A stretch of 60,288 nt of DNA from an uncultured Gammaproteobacteria bacterium (GCA_963924875.1 CAWUSX010000003.1:1-60288), one strand, 5' to 3'. Counted from the stretch's first letter, positions 1 through 10,421 are shown. Made by a program: numbers and translations. The notes: generated by a model from the letters alone, not told the origin.

Positions 1-2
1 AG

Positions 3-1550
3 CAAGCACTGGAGGTGGAGGAGCTGTGGGAAAATTCAGTTAAGGATATGGGCGTAGTTGGTGGCTTGCATCCAGCGCTTGTGCTGGAAGTTGCAGAACA
101 ATCCGCAAGAGTGTACTTAAAAGGCGGCCGACTAATTAACTTAGATTGGCAGGCATTAAAGTGGGCAAAGCCTTTTATTGACAGAAATATTCAAGGTAAA
201 GACCCAAAGCTGGCGACAGAGGTTTTGCAGCGTGGTGACATAGTACGCATTTATCAACATAAAGGGACCTGGTTGCTGGGGCAAATACCTGAAATACAAG
301 GCGCGCTGACTAGCATTCGTTCAAATGATGGTGCATTGCAAGCGCTGGTTGGTGGTTTTGATTATTATCAAAGTAAGTTTAATCGTGCTGTGCAGGCGAG
401 GAGGCAGGCTGGGTCTAGCTTTAAACCCTTTATATATAGCGCGGCTTTAAATAAAGGCTATACAGTTGCAACGTTAATAAATGATGCGCCGGTGGTGTTT
501 CATGATCCCGCGCTTGAGGGTATGTGGAGACCAGAAAATTATAGTGGTAAATTTTTTGGGCCGACTCGATTACGTGTTGCCCTGGTTAAGTCGAGAAACC
601 TGGTTTCAATTCGTATATTGCGCTCGATTGGTGTGGGTTATGCGACACGCTTTGCAGAACGCTTTGGTTTTAAGGCGAATGAATTACCGCACGATTTATC
701 TTTAGCCCTGGGTACGGTTGAATTGAGCCCGCTGCAATTATCGACTGGATTTGCAACATTCTCGAATGGCGGCTTCAGAATTGAGCCTTATTTTATAGCT
801 CGAATAGAGGATTTGGATGGTAATGTGCTGTTTGAGGCTGATCCAGAAGTTGCTTGTGTCGCCTGTGAATTGAAGAAAAGAGGCATTGTGATGCCAGCAC
901 AGAAACAGGTGGGTATGGTCGATGAAAAGGCCAACATTATGAGAGAAGAGGCATTGCTGAGTCAGTCTTTACAAGCTCAGCAGAATGCAATTGAGGCAGA
1001 ACCAGTAGATGTGCATGATTCAGGTTTAGGTTTGAGTTACAGGTTGCCTAAACAGGCAGAGAAAGTACTCGATGAGCGTATTGTTTATATTATGAACTCC
1101 ATTCTGCAGGATGTCATAACCCAGGGAACAGGACGCCGAGCAAGGGTATTGAGACGTAATGATTTGCACGGTAAAACCGGTACTACCAATGACCAAAGAG
1201 ATGCCTGGTTTACCGGTTTTAACCAAAATATAGTCACAACGGCGTGGGTTGGTTTTGATCAGCAGCAGTTATCATTGGGCAATTATGAAACGGGTTCGAA
1301 AGCCGCGTTGCCAATGTGGATTGATTATATGCGGAGTGCACTAAAAGATATGCCAGAATCAGAAATGCAGCGTCCTGAAGGAATAGTCAATGTGAAAATA
1401 AATGCCGCAACGGGTGAGCTGGCAAATGCGACGGATACCAATGTTGTGTTTGAGATGTTCCGTGCAGAGTTGGCGCCGCAGTCAGTTGCCGCTGAAACAT
1501 TGCCTGAAAATTCAAGCAATCGAAATTCGATACCAGAGCAGTTGTTTTAA
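3..1550 (+). CDS. mrcA: Penicillin-binding protein 1A, C-terminal part (5' end outside window)
   Basis: Frame is open from the window edge. Transpeptidase motifs SSFK (SxxK), SRN (SxN) and KTG; typical PBP1a segments 'ALVGGFDY..SKFNRAVQARRQAGSSFKPF' and 'GKTGTTNDQRDAWF'. Confidence 0.93.
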   Translation, partial: QALEVEELWENSVKDMGVVGGLHPALVLEVAEQSARVYLKGGRLINLDWQALKWAKPFIDRNIQGKDPKLATEVLQRGDIVRIYQHKGTWLLGQIPEIQGALTSIRSNDGALQALVGGFDYYQSKFNRAVQARRQAGSSFKPFIYSAALNKGYTVATLINDAPVVFHDPALEGMWRPENYSGKFFGPTRLRVALVKSRNLVSIRILRSIGVGYATRFAERFGFKANELPHDLSLALGTVELSPLQLSTGFATFSNGGFRIEPYFIARIEDLDGNVLFEADPEVACVACELKKRGIVMPAQKQVGMVDEKANIMREEALLSQSLQAQQNAIEAEPVDVHDSGLGLSYRLPKQAEKVLDERIVYIMNSILQDVITQGTGRRARVLRRNDLHGKTGTTNDQRDAWFTGFNQNIVTTAWVGFDQQQLSLGNYETGSKAALPMWIDYMRSALKDMPESEMQRPEGIVNVKINAATGELANATDTNVVFEMFRAELAPQSVAAETLPENSSNRNSIPEQLF

Positions 1551-1596
1551 AAAACAACGCGTTTAAGCGTATTTAAATAAATAAGTTGGGTTAGTT

Positions 1597-3381
1597 ATGT
1601 GTGGTATTTGCGGTGAGTTTCGATTTGATGGGCAGTCTCCAGACCTTGCGCTGACGCATAAAATGATGACGCGGCTGGAGCGTCGCGGGCCTGATCACGG
1701 TGGCTCATATTCCGATGGGCCAATCGCATTAGGTCATCGACGTTTGGCGATTATTGATTTGTCGGAACATGCGAATCAACCACTAATCGATCAGCAGTTA
1801 GGTCTGGCATTGGTGTTTAATGGCACTATTTATAATTTCCCCCAGTTACGTTCTGAGTTACAGGACAAGGGCTATCATTTTTTCTCCACCGGTGATTCCG
1901 AGGTTATTCTTAAAGCCTATGCTGAATGGGGTGAAGCCTGTGTCGAGCGATTGCATGGCATGTTTGCTTTTGCAATTTGGGATATGCGCAAGCAGCGATT
2001 GTTTCTGGGGCGCGATCGTTTAGGTATTAAACCCTTATATTATAGTTTTAATGGCAAGCGACTCATCTTTGCATCTAATGCTCAGGCGCTGTTGGCAACC
2101 GGTGATATTGATACATCAATCGATCCAGTAGGCCTGCATCATCAACTTACACTGCACGCGGTTATTCCTGCGCCACATACCATTCTTAATGGTGTTCATA
2201 AAATGCGCCCAGCTCATTGCATGTGTTTTAAAACAGATGGAAGCTGTAGTGAACGTGAATATTGGACCCTGGATGCGGTGCGCCCAGAAGAAAAAATGGA
2301 TGAAGAGGATTGGGTAGAGGCGATTCATGAGTCACTTAAATCCGCAGTTGAAAAGCGCAAAACCATTGCCGATGTACCGGTTGGTGTGTTGCTTTCCGGT
2401 GGTCTGGATTCCTGCCTGTTAGTTGGCTTATTGGCGGAATCAGGTGTTGGTAACCTGAAAACATTTACCGTGGGTTTTGAAGATCAGCCAGAAGAAAAAG
2501 GTAATGAATTTGAATTTTCAGATCTGGTAGTGGATAAATTTGGAACAGAGCATCACAAGTTTTTTATTCGCAATGACAAGGTTTTAGATTATTTACCAAA
2601 TGCCGTTGATGTGATGGCGGAGCCGATGGTTGGCCAGGATGCGGTGGCCTTTTATATGCTGTCTGAGCAGGTATCCAAAGAAGTAAAAGTGGTGCAAAGC
2701 GGACAGGGTGCCGATGAGGTGTTTGGAGGATACTTTTGGTATCCGCAAATGCATGAGGCGCAAGGAGAGGATGATTTAGAACGCTTTTCTTCTCGATACT
2801 TCGACAGGGATCACGATGAGTACCTGCAAACAGTTAGTGCGCAATATCGAGGTGAAGACCATACCAGTAAATTGATAGGCCAGTTATTGGCTAAAGGCAA
2901 AACGGATGAGTATCTGGATAAAGTACTTAAGTTAGATGTAACCACGCTGATCGTGGATGACCCCGTTAAGCGAGTCGACAATATGACGATGGCCTGGGGG
3001 CTGGAGGCAAGGGTGCCGTTTCTTGATCATCAGTTAGTGGAATTAGCGGCGAGTATGCCACCTGAAATGAAGCTGCAATCTGGCGGTAAGCATGTGTTGA
3101 AAAAAATTGCACGAGGCTTAATACCCGATCCCATTATTGATCGACCTAAGGCATATTTTCCAGTGCCGGCATTGAAGTATGTGCGTGGTGATTTTTTAGG
3201 TTTTATGCGTGAAATATTGCATAGCGATGCCGCTCAACAGCGTGGATTGTTTGATGCAGCCTATGTTGAGAAGCTTCTGGCTAAGCCAGAGGATTACCAT
3301 ACCCGCTTGCAAGGCAGCAAACTTTGGCATTTGGCCTTACTGGAAATGTGGTTGCAGCGTAATGTGGATGGTGCGTGTTAA
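1597..3381 (+). CDS. AsnB-family glutamine amidotransferase, N-acetylglutaminylglutamine amidotransferase-like (TIGR03104 type)
   Basis: Ntn N-terminus MCGICG, GHRRLAIID, FNGTIYN, LSGGLDS ATP motif, SGQGADEVFGGY and 'LEARVPFLD'. The pattern resembles the NAGGN subfamily more than E. coli AsnB. Confidence 0.8.
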   Translation: MCGICGEFRFDGQSPDLALTHKMMTRLERRGPDHGGSYSDGPIALGHRRLAIIDLSEHANQPLIDQQLGLALVFNGTIYNFPQLRSELQDKGYHFFSTGDSEVILKAYAEWGEACVERLHGMFAFAIWDMRKQRLFLGRDRLGIKPLYYSFNGKRLIFASNAQALLATGDIDTSIDPVGLHHQLTLHAVIPAPHTILNGVHKMRPAHCMCFKTDGSCSEREYWTLDAVRPEEKMDEEDWVEAIHESLKSAVEKRKTIADVPVGVLLSGGLDSCLLVGLLAESGVGNLKTFTVGFEDQPEEKGNEFEFSDLVVDKFGTEHHKFFIRNDKVLDYLPNAVDVMAEPMVGQDAVAFYMLSEQVSKEVKVVQSGQGADEVFGGYFWYPQMHEAQGEDDLERFSSRYFDRDHDEYLQTVSAQYRGEDHTSKLIGQLLAKGKTDEYLDKVLKLDVTTLIVDDPVKRVDNMTMAWGLEARVPFLDHQLVELAASMPPEMKLQSGGKHVLKKIARGLIPDPIIDRPKAYFPVPALKYVRGDFLGFMREILHSDAAQQRGLFDAAYVEKLLAKPEDYHTRLQGSKLWHLALLEMWLQRNVDGAC

Positions 3382-3410
3382 ACCCTTGAGGTGAAGGGTG
3401 TTATAGAGGG

Positions 3411-3438
3411 CTTGAAAGCACTACAATCAACCCAATAT
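3411..3438 (+). promoter_or_regulatory. Putative sigma32 (RpoH)-type promoter for grxD
   Basis: CTTGAAA-N13-CCCAATAT versus consensus CTTGAAA-N13/15-CCCCATNT, 40 nt upstream of the grxD ATG. Confidence 0.5.
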
Positions 3439-3478
3439 AGCGTTATTATATTTTGATTATTTAATTTTGAGGTGAACT

Positions 3479-3793
3479 ATGGACGTATTAGAGCGCATTG
3501 ATGAAGCCGTTAAAAAGCATTCCGTGTTTCTTTTTATGAAGGGTACACCACAGTTTCCTTCGTGTGGTTTTTCGAGTCGTACAGCAGAAGCACTAAAACA
3601 GTGCGGTAAAGAATTTGGTTACTGCAATGTGTTGGCTGATGCAGAGATTTTTCAAAATCTACCTCGATATGCTGACTGGCCAACATTTCCACAGGTTTAC
3701 ATTAATGGTGAACTGATTGGTGGTTGTGACATCACGATGGAAATGTCTGAAAATGGCGAGCTGAAAAAGATGATTGACGAAGCGACCAGCTAA
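3479..3793 (+). CDS. grxD: Monothiol glutaredoxin Grx4
   Basis: 'LFMKGTPQFPSCGFS', 'WPTFPQVYINGELIGGCD'. Confidence 0.96.
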   Translation: MDVLERIDEAVKKHSVFLFMKGTPQFPSCGFSSRTAEALKQCGKEFGYCNVLADAEIFQNLPRYADWPTFPQVYINGELIGGCDITMEMSENGELKKMIDEATS

Positions 3794-3814
3794 TTCTATT
3801 TAGCTATTTGCTTA

Positions 3815-3850
3815 AATAAAAAGGCACACCATTGGGTGTGCCTTTTTATT
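3815..3850. terminator. Bidirectional intrinsic terminator
   Basis: Perfect 16-bp inverted repeat AATAAAAAGGCACACC-attg-GGTGTGCCTTTTTATT between convergent genes. Confidence 0.9.
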
Positions 3851-3868
3851 GTCTGTAGATTAAGTTGT

Positions 3869-4819
3869 TTAAAAAACTATCTGGTCTCGACCATTGGCCT
3901 TGGCTTCATATAGCTTTTCATCTGCGCACTTAATTAGATTTTGTACCGAGGGTTGTTCGTCTACACCCCGATAGCAGCAAACGCCAATTGAAGCAGTAAT
4001 TGGGATATCGCCCACCGTTGTTTTAAACGGGCGTTTGTTTATGCTACTGAGCAGGCGCTGTAATGTGGAATGACGAAAATTCTCCGCACGCGTGTAATGC
4101 ATAATAATGCCAAACTCTTCACCGCCCATGCGGCAGACTAGATCAGTTGGGCGTACCGTACGGCGAATACGCCGGGTAAAACCAACTAAAACTTCGTCAC
4201 CAATATCATGACCATAGGTGTCATTAATACGCTTGAAATGATCGATATCCAGCATCACAAAGCACACGCCACCTTGCCGTGCGGAGGCATCTAACAAGTG
4301 GCGTTCCAACTGTCGAGACAATAAACGGCGGTTGCCAACACCCGTCAGGGGGTCCGTTAATGCCATTTCTTCCAGGTGTTTTATGGTGTCTTCAAGTTGC
4401 TGAGATGTTTCCAGTAAATCGTTTTGCAGTGCCGCAATACGTGCAGCAGCATTAACACGTGCAGCAAGCTCCTGTGGATTGGGTGGCTTTTTAATGTAGT
4501 CATCAATGCCACGGTCGAAGGCCTCAACTAATGGCTCAATGCCTTCCTGTGCCGTAAAAAGTATAACCGCGGTATACAGGCACAGCTCTTCATCCCGTTG
4601 GCGTATGTAGTCGGTGAGCTCCAGCCCATCCATTTCGGGCATAACCCAATCGGCTAGTACAACATCGGCATGTTGTTCTTCCATCATACTGAGGGCAAGC
4701 CGTGCACTATCTGCGACACGAATATTGCTAAAGCCCGCTTTTTTCAGTGATGCTTGAATAACAACGCGGCTGAATTGCATGTCATCGACGATGATTATGG
4801 AGACATCTTTATTGGACAT
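3869..4819 (-). CDS. Response regulator / diguanylate cyclase (REC-GGDEF, WspR/PleD-like)
   Basis: REC 'IIIVDD...ADWVMPEMDG'; GGEEF active site preceded by the RxxD I-site (RPTD). Start could be 4819 or the upstream ATG at 4891. Confidence 0.9.
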   Translation of the reverse strand: MSNKDVSIIIVDDMQFSRVVIQASLKKAGFSNIRVADSARLALSMMEEQHADVVLADWVMPEMDGLELTDYIRQRDEELCLYTAVILFTAQEGIEPLVEAFDRGIDDYIKKPPNPQELAARVNAAARIAALQNDLLETSQQLEDTIKHLEEMALTDPLTGVGNRRLLSRQLERHLLDASARQGGVCFVMLDIDHFKRINDTYGHDIGDEVLVGFTRRIRRTVRPTDLVCRMGGEEFGIIMHYTRAENFRHSTLQRLLSSINKRPFKTTVGDIPITASIGVCCYRGVDEQPSVQNLIKCADEKLYEAKANGRDQIVF

Positions 4820-5079
4820 AAGTGGTTTCTGTCGAACCTTATTTTTATTCTGTTGGCTTAGCAGGGCTAAGCGTGCATAAGCTAATCCCATGAATTACCC
4901 CGATAAATTATAGCTGTTATTTTTAACTGTGGGTTATCCATTATGCTTTTTATGCATATAGCTACCCGCAGTGTCCCTGTTTGTCGATATTTATTCGACC
5001 TGCTTCCCAATAAAAAATTAGCGAGTTATTTAAATTTTCCGAGTAAATTTCATTGCTCTATGGTGTTTGTATCTTATCA

Positions 5080-5730
5080 TTAACCATCTATTTGCGCAGT
5101 CCACACCATGCCATTAGATTTGCGCCAGCGGTTTACAACTTTACAGAATAGTTCGGCCGTTTTAAGTGTGTCATAACTGGCTGAATGAGCCTGATCATTG
5201 TCCCATTCAATTTCCGCGGCCTGTACTGCCCTGGATAGTACAGTTTGACCGTAAGCCAGGCCTGCGAAGGACACTGTATCAAAGGTGCTAAAGGGGTGAA
5301 AAGGGTTGCGGCCTATCTTGCAGCGTTCAGCTGCGGCATTAACAAAGGTTAAATCCAATACGGTGTTGTGACCTACCATAATGGCTTTCTTGCACTGGTT
5401 TTTTTTCAGGCTTTCGCGAATAAATTTAAAAATTTCGTTGAGGGCCTGAGGTTCGGCAACGGCCATACGGAAAGGGTTATATGGGTCAATACCATTTACT
5501 TCCATCGATTTTGGATCCATATTTGAACCTTCATAAGGCACGATATGGCGGCATATCTGCTCGTCAATTTCTATAATGCCATTGTCATCCATTTTTAAAG
5601 TAGCCGCAGCAACTTCTAGTAGCGCGTCTTTTTGGGCATTAAAACCACCTGTTTCAACATCAACGACTACAGGCATAAAGCCTCTGAAACGACGTGACAT
5701 AGGTGTTCGTTTATCTGTGTTTGTGCTCAT
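5080..5730 (-). CDS. rnt: Ribonuclease T
   Basis: 'RFRGFMPVVVDVETGGFN', 'RNPFHPFSTFDT', 'AHSASYDTLKTAELFC'; adjacent to pyrC. Confidence 0.95.
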   Translation of the reverse strand: MSTNTDKRTPMSRRFRGFMPVVVDVETGGFNAQKDALLEVAAATLKMDDNGIIEIDEQICRHIVPYEGSNMDPKSMEVNGIDPYNPFRMAVAEPQALNEIFKFIRESLKKNQCKKAIMVGHNTVLDLTFVNAAAERCKIGRNPFHPFSTFDTVSFAGLAYGQTVLSRAVQAAEIEWDNDQAHSASYDTLKTAELFCKVVNRWRKSNGMVWTAQIDG

Positions 5731-5939
5731 ACGATAAGGGTTCTTTTGCTTATATTTGTAATAAATATGGATGTGATAAAAATATTAAGATGTTTTTTAT
5801 ATTTTTAATGGCTACTGGTGGTCAGCTTAATGGGTAAATAAGCCAGACATTCTACACTTCACAGGCTTTTTACGGAACCAGCTTAGTTAATGGCATTGAA
5901 TTGCCTGCTTGTAGTATTGGGCAAATTGTCTTGTTTTTA

Positions 5940-6968
5940 TTAAACCATTAGCCAGGTTTCATTCTCACCAGCGTGCAAGGGCACTATTTTTCCTTTGCCT
6001 AGCGGGTAGTCATTAGGCACCGTCCAGTTCTTTTTTTCTAATGTAATGCTGTCCGTGTTTCTGGGTAAGGCATAAAAATCGGCACCAAAAAAACTCGCAA
6101 AACCTTCTAGTTTATCCAATGCGTTATTTTCTTCAAAAGCACGAGCATATAACTCGATAGCAAGTGGTGCAGAAAAAATACCTGCGCAGCCACAGCTGTT
6201 TTCTTTTTTGTCTTGTGCATGTGGAGCGCTGTCTGTGCCCAGGAAAAACTTTTCGCTGCCAGAGATGGCCGCTGCTGCCAATGCTTGTCGGTGCTCTTCT
6301 CTCTTTAATACCGGCAGGCAGTAATAGTGCGGACGAATACCGCCACTAAAAATTGCATTCCGATTATAAAGTAAGTGTTGAGGGGTAATAGTGGCCGCCG
6401 TGTGTTCGTCTTCACTGAGCACAAACTCTGTCGCCTGCCGGGTAGTGATATGCTCAAAAACTATTTTTAGTTGAGGGAATGCCTGCCGAGTTGGGATTAA
6501 TACTTTATCAATAAAGGCCTTTTCTCTATCAAAGATATCAATATCTGAATCCGTAACCTCGCCGTGTACTAATAGCGGCATATTGTTTTTCTGTAGTGCT
6601 TCAAGTACTTTGTAGCATTTTTTAATGTCGGTAACGCCTGCGTCGGAATTGGTGGTCGCACCAGCAGGATAGAGTTTCACTGCATGTACATGGCCACTTT
6701 GTTTGGCCAGGGTAATTTCCTGCGGATCGGTGTTATCCGTTAAGTATAATGTCATTAACGGGTTGAATTTAGTATTTGCCGGTAAGGCCGCTAAAATGCG
6801 TTCACGGTAGGACAGTGCCTGCGTGGTAGTGATATTAGGTGGTGCCAGGTTAGGCATAATAATAGCGCGTGAAAATTGTTGCGCAGTGAAGGGGACAATG
6901 TCTTTTAGCAGGTCGCCATCGCGAACGTGTAAATGCCAATCATCAGGGCGTGTTATGGTGAGTTTCAT
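5940..6968 (-). CDS. pyrC: Dihydroorotase (type II)
   Basis: '[11 protein letters not shown]', '[12 protein letters not shown]', '[10 protein letters not shown]'. Confidence 0.97.
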   Translation of the reverse strand: MKLTITRPDDWHLHVRDGDLLKDIVPFTAQQFSRAIIMPNLAPPNITTTQALSYRERILAALPANTKFNPLMTLYLTDNTDPQEITLAKQSGHVHAVKLYPAGATTNSDAGVTDIKKCYKVLEALQKNNMPLLVHGEVTDSDIDIFDREKAFIDKVLIPTRQAFPQLKIVFEHITTRQATEFVLSEDEHTAATITPQHLLYNRNAIFSGGIRPHYYCLPVLKREEHRQALAAAAISGSEKFFLGTDSAPHAQDKKENSCGCAGIFSAPLAIELYARAFEENNALDKLEGFASFFGADFYALPRNTDSITLEKKNWTVPNDYPLGKGKIVPLHAGENETWLMV

Positions 6969-7064
6969 AATTATCAGAATGTCTAAGCGGCTTGAGGTTA
7001 TAATTATCGTCGATTCACGTTTAACATGCCATTAACATAATTTAAAGAATAATTAGACCTTACT

Positions 7065-7580
7065 ATGAATACGTTTATCAAGCTGCTGTTCGGTAATCTC
7101 GTTTTAAAAAAAGGCCCGCAGGATCTACCGGCCTCTACAACGCTTATGAAGTTAAGTCTGCTCGCGTATTTAGTGAGCGGCTTGCCCGGTTTGTTGGTAA
7201 GTGTTGATTCTGTACAAGCGGTGTTGGCACAAGCGTTAGATGTGCTGGTGCTGCTGTTGTTTGTATACCTGTGTTTGCAGCTGTTTGTGAAGCTTGAGCG
7301 ATACACTCAAACCATCATTGCATTGGCAAGTATTGGAAGCCTTTTTCAGTTGGCCGTGCTGCCCATCTTGTTTCAATTTAAAGGGGTAGAAGAGGCATCG
7401 CAGGTAATGCTGGGAATGTCCTTGCTGTTGCTCGCCCTTGTTAGTTGGAATTTAACCGTAATAGCGCATATTTTTAGAGAGTCTTTTAGTGTGCGTTTGC
7501 CAGCGGCAATCGCGCTCACCATTTGTTATATGTTTATTACCTTATCAGCGAGAAAATTCTTTTTTCCTGAGCTGGCCTAA
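7065..7580 (+). CDS. Hypothetical integral membrane protein (about 5 TM, Yip1-like)
   Basis: Clean ORF with several hydrophobic segments, 19 nt upstream of mpl on the same strand. Confidence 0.7.
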   Translation: MNTFIKLLFGNLVLKKGPQDLPASTTLMKLSLLAYLVSGLPGLLVSVDSVQAVLAQALDVLVLLLFVYLCLQLFVKLERYTQTIIALASIGSLFQLAVLPILFQFKGVEEASQVMLGMSLLLLALVSWNLTVIAHIFRESFSVRLPAAIALTICYMFITLSARKFFFPELA

Positions 7581-7599
7581 TTAAAACCGGAGTATAGAT

Positions 7600-8967
7600 T
7601 TGCATATTCATATATTGGGTATTTGTGGCACTTTTATGGGTGGTGTTGCCGTGTTGGCGCGACAGGCCGGGCATAAAGTGACTGGTTCAGATGCCAATGT
7701 GTATCCACCAATGAGTACACAGCTAGAGGAGCAGGGCATTGAGTTAATGCAGGGCTTCGAGGCAAGTCATTTAGGTGAGCAGGATCAGGTTGTGGTGGGT
7801 AATGTAATGTCTCGCGGCAACCCTGCGGTTGAACATGTACTGAATAAAAATATACCGTATAACTCTGGCCCGCAGTGGTTGGCTGAGAATGTATTAAAAG
7901 ATAAGTGGGTGCTAGCGGTAGCCGGCACACACGGTAAAACTACAACCAGCTCCATCCTTGCATGGATACTTGAATATGCGGGTTTGCAACCAGGCTTTTT
8001 AATTGGTGGAGTACCGGCAAATTTTGGTATTTCTGCGCGTCTTGGTGAGGGTAGTTTTTTTGTTGTTGAGGCAGATGAATACGATACGGCCTTTTTTGAT
8101 AAGCGTTCTAAATTCATTCACTACCACCCACGTACCTTAGTTTTAAATAACCTTGAATTTGATCATGCGGATATTTTTGAAAATTTAGATGCGATTAAAA
8201 AACAATTCCATCATTTGGTGAGAACAGTGCCCGGTGAGGGCCTGATTATACAAAATGCAGATGAAGAAAATTTAGATGATGTGATTGAAAAAGGTTGCTG
8301 GAGTAAGCGGTCTGGGTTTTCTGCAGACCCGGGAAAAGGATCAAATGATTTATGGATTATAGATAACGTATCGAATGATGGTCGCCAGTTTGATGTGCTG
8401 TACCAGGGGAAAAATCAGGGTACAGTAAAAGGTCACTTATTAGGCCCGCACAATCGCATGAATGCATTGTCGGCCATTATTGCTGCTCAGCATGTAGGTG
8501 TTCCCGTCGAGCAATCAATAGAGGCGTTAAAACATTTTAAAGGCGTGAAACGCCGCATGGAAATTAGCGGGGAAGTGAATGACATTACGGTTTACGATGA
8601 CTTTGCTCACCACCCTACGGCTATTATCGATACGCTTAAAGGATTAAGAGATGCGATAGGTGATTTGCCACGCATATGGGCAGTGCTTGAACCGCGTTCT
8701 AACACCATGCGTATGGGTGTGCATAGGCAACAATTAGCGGCGTCGCTGCAGCAGGCGGATAAAATATTAATGTTTCAGCCAGCAGAAGTGGATTGGGATA
8801 TGCAATCTGTCGTGAATGAAATGGGTGAATCTGCAGAGTTGCATAGATCAGTGAGTGATATTGTTAATCTATTGGCAGAGCAGGCACGGCCAGGCGACCA
8901 TATACTCGTAATGAGTAATGGCGCTTTTGGCGGTATTCATCAAAAAATACTCGATGCATTGGTTTAG
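7600..8967 (+). CDS. mpl: Murein peptide ligase Mpl
   Basis: 'HIHILGICGTFMGG', 'GTHGKTTT', 'EADEYDTAFFDKRSKF', 'DDFAHHPTAI'; TTG start with GGAG SD. Confidence 0.96.
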   Translation: MHIHILGICGTFMGGVAVLARQAGHKVTGSDANVYPPMSTQLEEQGIELMQGFEASHLGEQDQVVVGNVMSRGNPAVEHVLNKNIPYNSGPQWLAENVLKDKWVLAVAGTHGKTTTSSILAWILEYAGLQPGFLIGGVPANFGISARLGEGSFFVVEADEYDTAFFDKRSKFIHYHPRTLVLNNLEFDHADIFENLDAIKKQFHHLVRTVPGEGLIIQNADEENLDDVIEKGCWSKRSGFSADPGKGSNDLWIIDNVSNDGRQFDVLYQGKNQGTVKGHLLGPHNRMNALSAIIAAQHVGVPVEQSIEALKHFKGVKRRMEISGEVNDITVYDDFAHHPTAIIDTLKGLRDAIGDLPRIWAVLEPRSNTMRMGVHRQQLAASLQQADKILMFQPAEVDWDMQSVVNEMGESAELHRSVSDIVNLLAEQARPGDHILVMSNGAFGGIHQKILDALV

Positions 8968-9003
8968 CACTGGTTGAGTATTAAGGTGTAAATAAGGCGG
9001 TTC

Positions 9004-9627
9004 GTGATGACATTAGATACAGAGAAAAAAACAATCATCGTTGCTATTAGCGGCGCGTCTGGCGTGCAGTATGGAGTGCGTCTGCTTGAGCAGTTGTTAA
9101 CGCATGGACATAAAGTCTATTTGCTAGTAACGCGAGCGGCACATGTGGTGATTAGTATGGAAACGGAATTGTCGTGGCCTGCAAACACGCACGAATTGGC
9201 GAAGCAGTTGCGTCTGCGTTATGGGGTTGATGAACAGCAATTAAGTGTGTGTGGGGAGTCTGAATGGGCCTCACCCATTGCTAGTGGATCGTCATCGGTC
9301 GATGCAATGGTGGTATGTCCGTGTTCGATGGGAAGTTTGTCTTCAATCGCGGTGGGTGCGAGTGGTAATTTGTTAGAACGCGCCGCAGATGTAATATTGA
9401 AAGAGCGGAAGTTGCTGATTTTAGTGCCAAGAGAGGCGCCGTTTTCAGATATACATCTGGAAAATATGCTTAAACTTTCGCGCATGAATGCGGTGATTTT
9501 ACCGGCCAATCCAGGTTTTTATAATAAACCTCAGTCGGTAGAAGATATTATAGATTTTATGGTGGCGCGCGTACTCGACCATTTGGGCATAAAGCAGGAG
9601 TTGCAGCCTAAATGGGGTGCGGAATAA
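9004..9627 (+). CDS. ubiX: Flavin prenyltransferase
   Basis: 'ISGASG', 'ASGS', 'PCSMG', 'RAADVILKERK', 'REAP', 'PGFY'. Confidence 0.94.
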   Translation: MMTLDTEKKTIIVAISGASGVQYGVRLLEQLLTHGHKVYLLVTRAAHVVISMETELSWPANTHELAKQLRLRYGVDEQQLSVCGESEWASPIASGSSSVDAMVVCPCSMGSLSSIAVGASGNLLERAADVILKERKLLILVPREAPFSDIHLENMLKLSRMNAVILPANPGFYNKPQSVEDIIDFMVARVLDHLGIKQELQPKWGAE

Positions 9628-9642
9628 ATTGCTAATGAGGTA

Positions 9643-9667
9643 AAAAAGCTGCGTCGTTGCAGTTTTT
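9643..9667 (+). terminator. Intrinsic terminator after ubiX
   Basis: AAAAAGCTGC-gtcgtt-GCAGTTTTT. Confidence 0.6.
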
Positions 9668-9679
9668 AATCCAATAAAG

Positions 9680-9718
9680 AATAAAAAAGGCCGGTTAATA
9701 ATAACCGGCCTTTTTTAT
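9680..9718. terminator. Bidirectional intrinsic terminator (csp / ubiX)
   Basis: AATAAAAAAGGCCGGTTA-ataa-TAACCGGCCTTTTTTATT perfect inverted repeat. Confidence 0.9.
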
Positions 9719-9934
9719 TTATATCTCTGTATTGGAAACGTCTTCAGCCTGTAAACCCTTCTGGCTATCAATCAGTTTGAAATCAACCTTCTGGCCATCT
9801 TTCAGTGTTTTAAATCCATCGCCTCTGATTGCTCTAAAATGAACGAATACATCGTCACCCGTGTCGCGCTCAATGAAGCCATATCCTTTTGAATTGTTAA
9901 ACCACTTAACGGTTCCTGTTTCACGATCAGACAT
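9719..9934 (-). CDS. Cold-shock protein (CspA family)
   Basis: '[15 protein letters not shown]', 'DVFVHFRAI' (RNP1/RNP2). Confidence 0.95.
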   Translation of the reverse strand: MSDRETGTVKWFNNSKGYGFIERDTGDDVFVHFRAIRGDGFKTLKDGQKVDFKLIDSQKGLQAEDVSNTEI

Positions 9935-9998
9935 TTACATATACCTTTATTCATTTTTTATTTAACGGCTCATCCTTAAGCTCGCTAAAGTCACAACG

Positions 9999-10421
9999 TT
10001 ATGAGGCGATAGCAACATCCTCTGCCTGTAGCCCCTTATCACCTTCGGTGATACTGAATTCAACGCGCTGCCCTTCAAACAGGGTTCTATGGCCCTGGCC
10101 GCGAATTGAGCGGAAGTGGACAAAGACGTCATCGCCATTATCTCGCGTAATGAAGCCAAATCCCTTGCTCGTATTAAACCACTTAACGGTTCCTGATTCA
10201 CGAGAATTGTCAGAATTTTCGTTTATTTCTTGATTATTTGTTGTTTTTACGGTAGCGGCATTAGGCTTTGCTAATGCAGATGCGATGGTAGAGATAAAAA
10301 TGAGGGCTGCTAAAGTGATTAAACCATTTGTTGTGGCAATATTTTCAGCGTTTAAAAGTTGTGTTGCAATGGCTGTAGATATAGCAGAAATAACTATGCT
10401 TATAGCAATAAGACGAATCAT
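9999..10421 (-). CDS. Cold-shock-domain protein with two N-terminal hydrophobic helices
   Basis: Start moved to the ATG at 10421 (AGGA SD). Two hydrophobic stretches, a polar linker, then a CSD '[15 protein letters not shown]...DVFVHFRSI'. Confidence 0.85.
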   Translation of the reverse strand: MIRLIAISIVISAISTAIATQLLNAENIATTNGLITLAALIFISTIASALAKPNAATVKTTNNQEINENSDNSRESGTVKWFNTSKGFGFITRDNGDDVFVHFRSIRGQGHRTLFEGQRVEFSITEGDKGLQAEDVAIAS

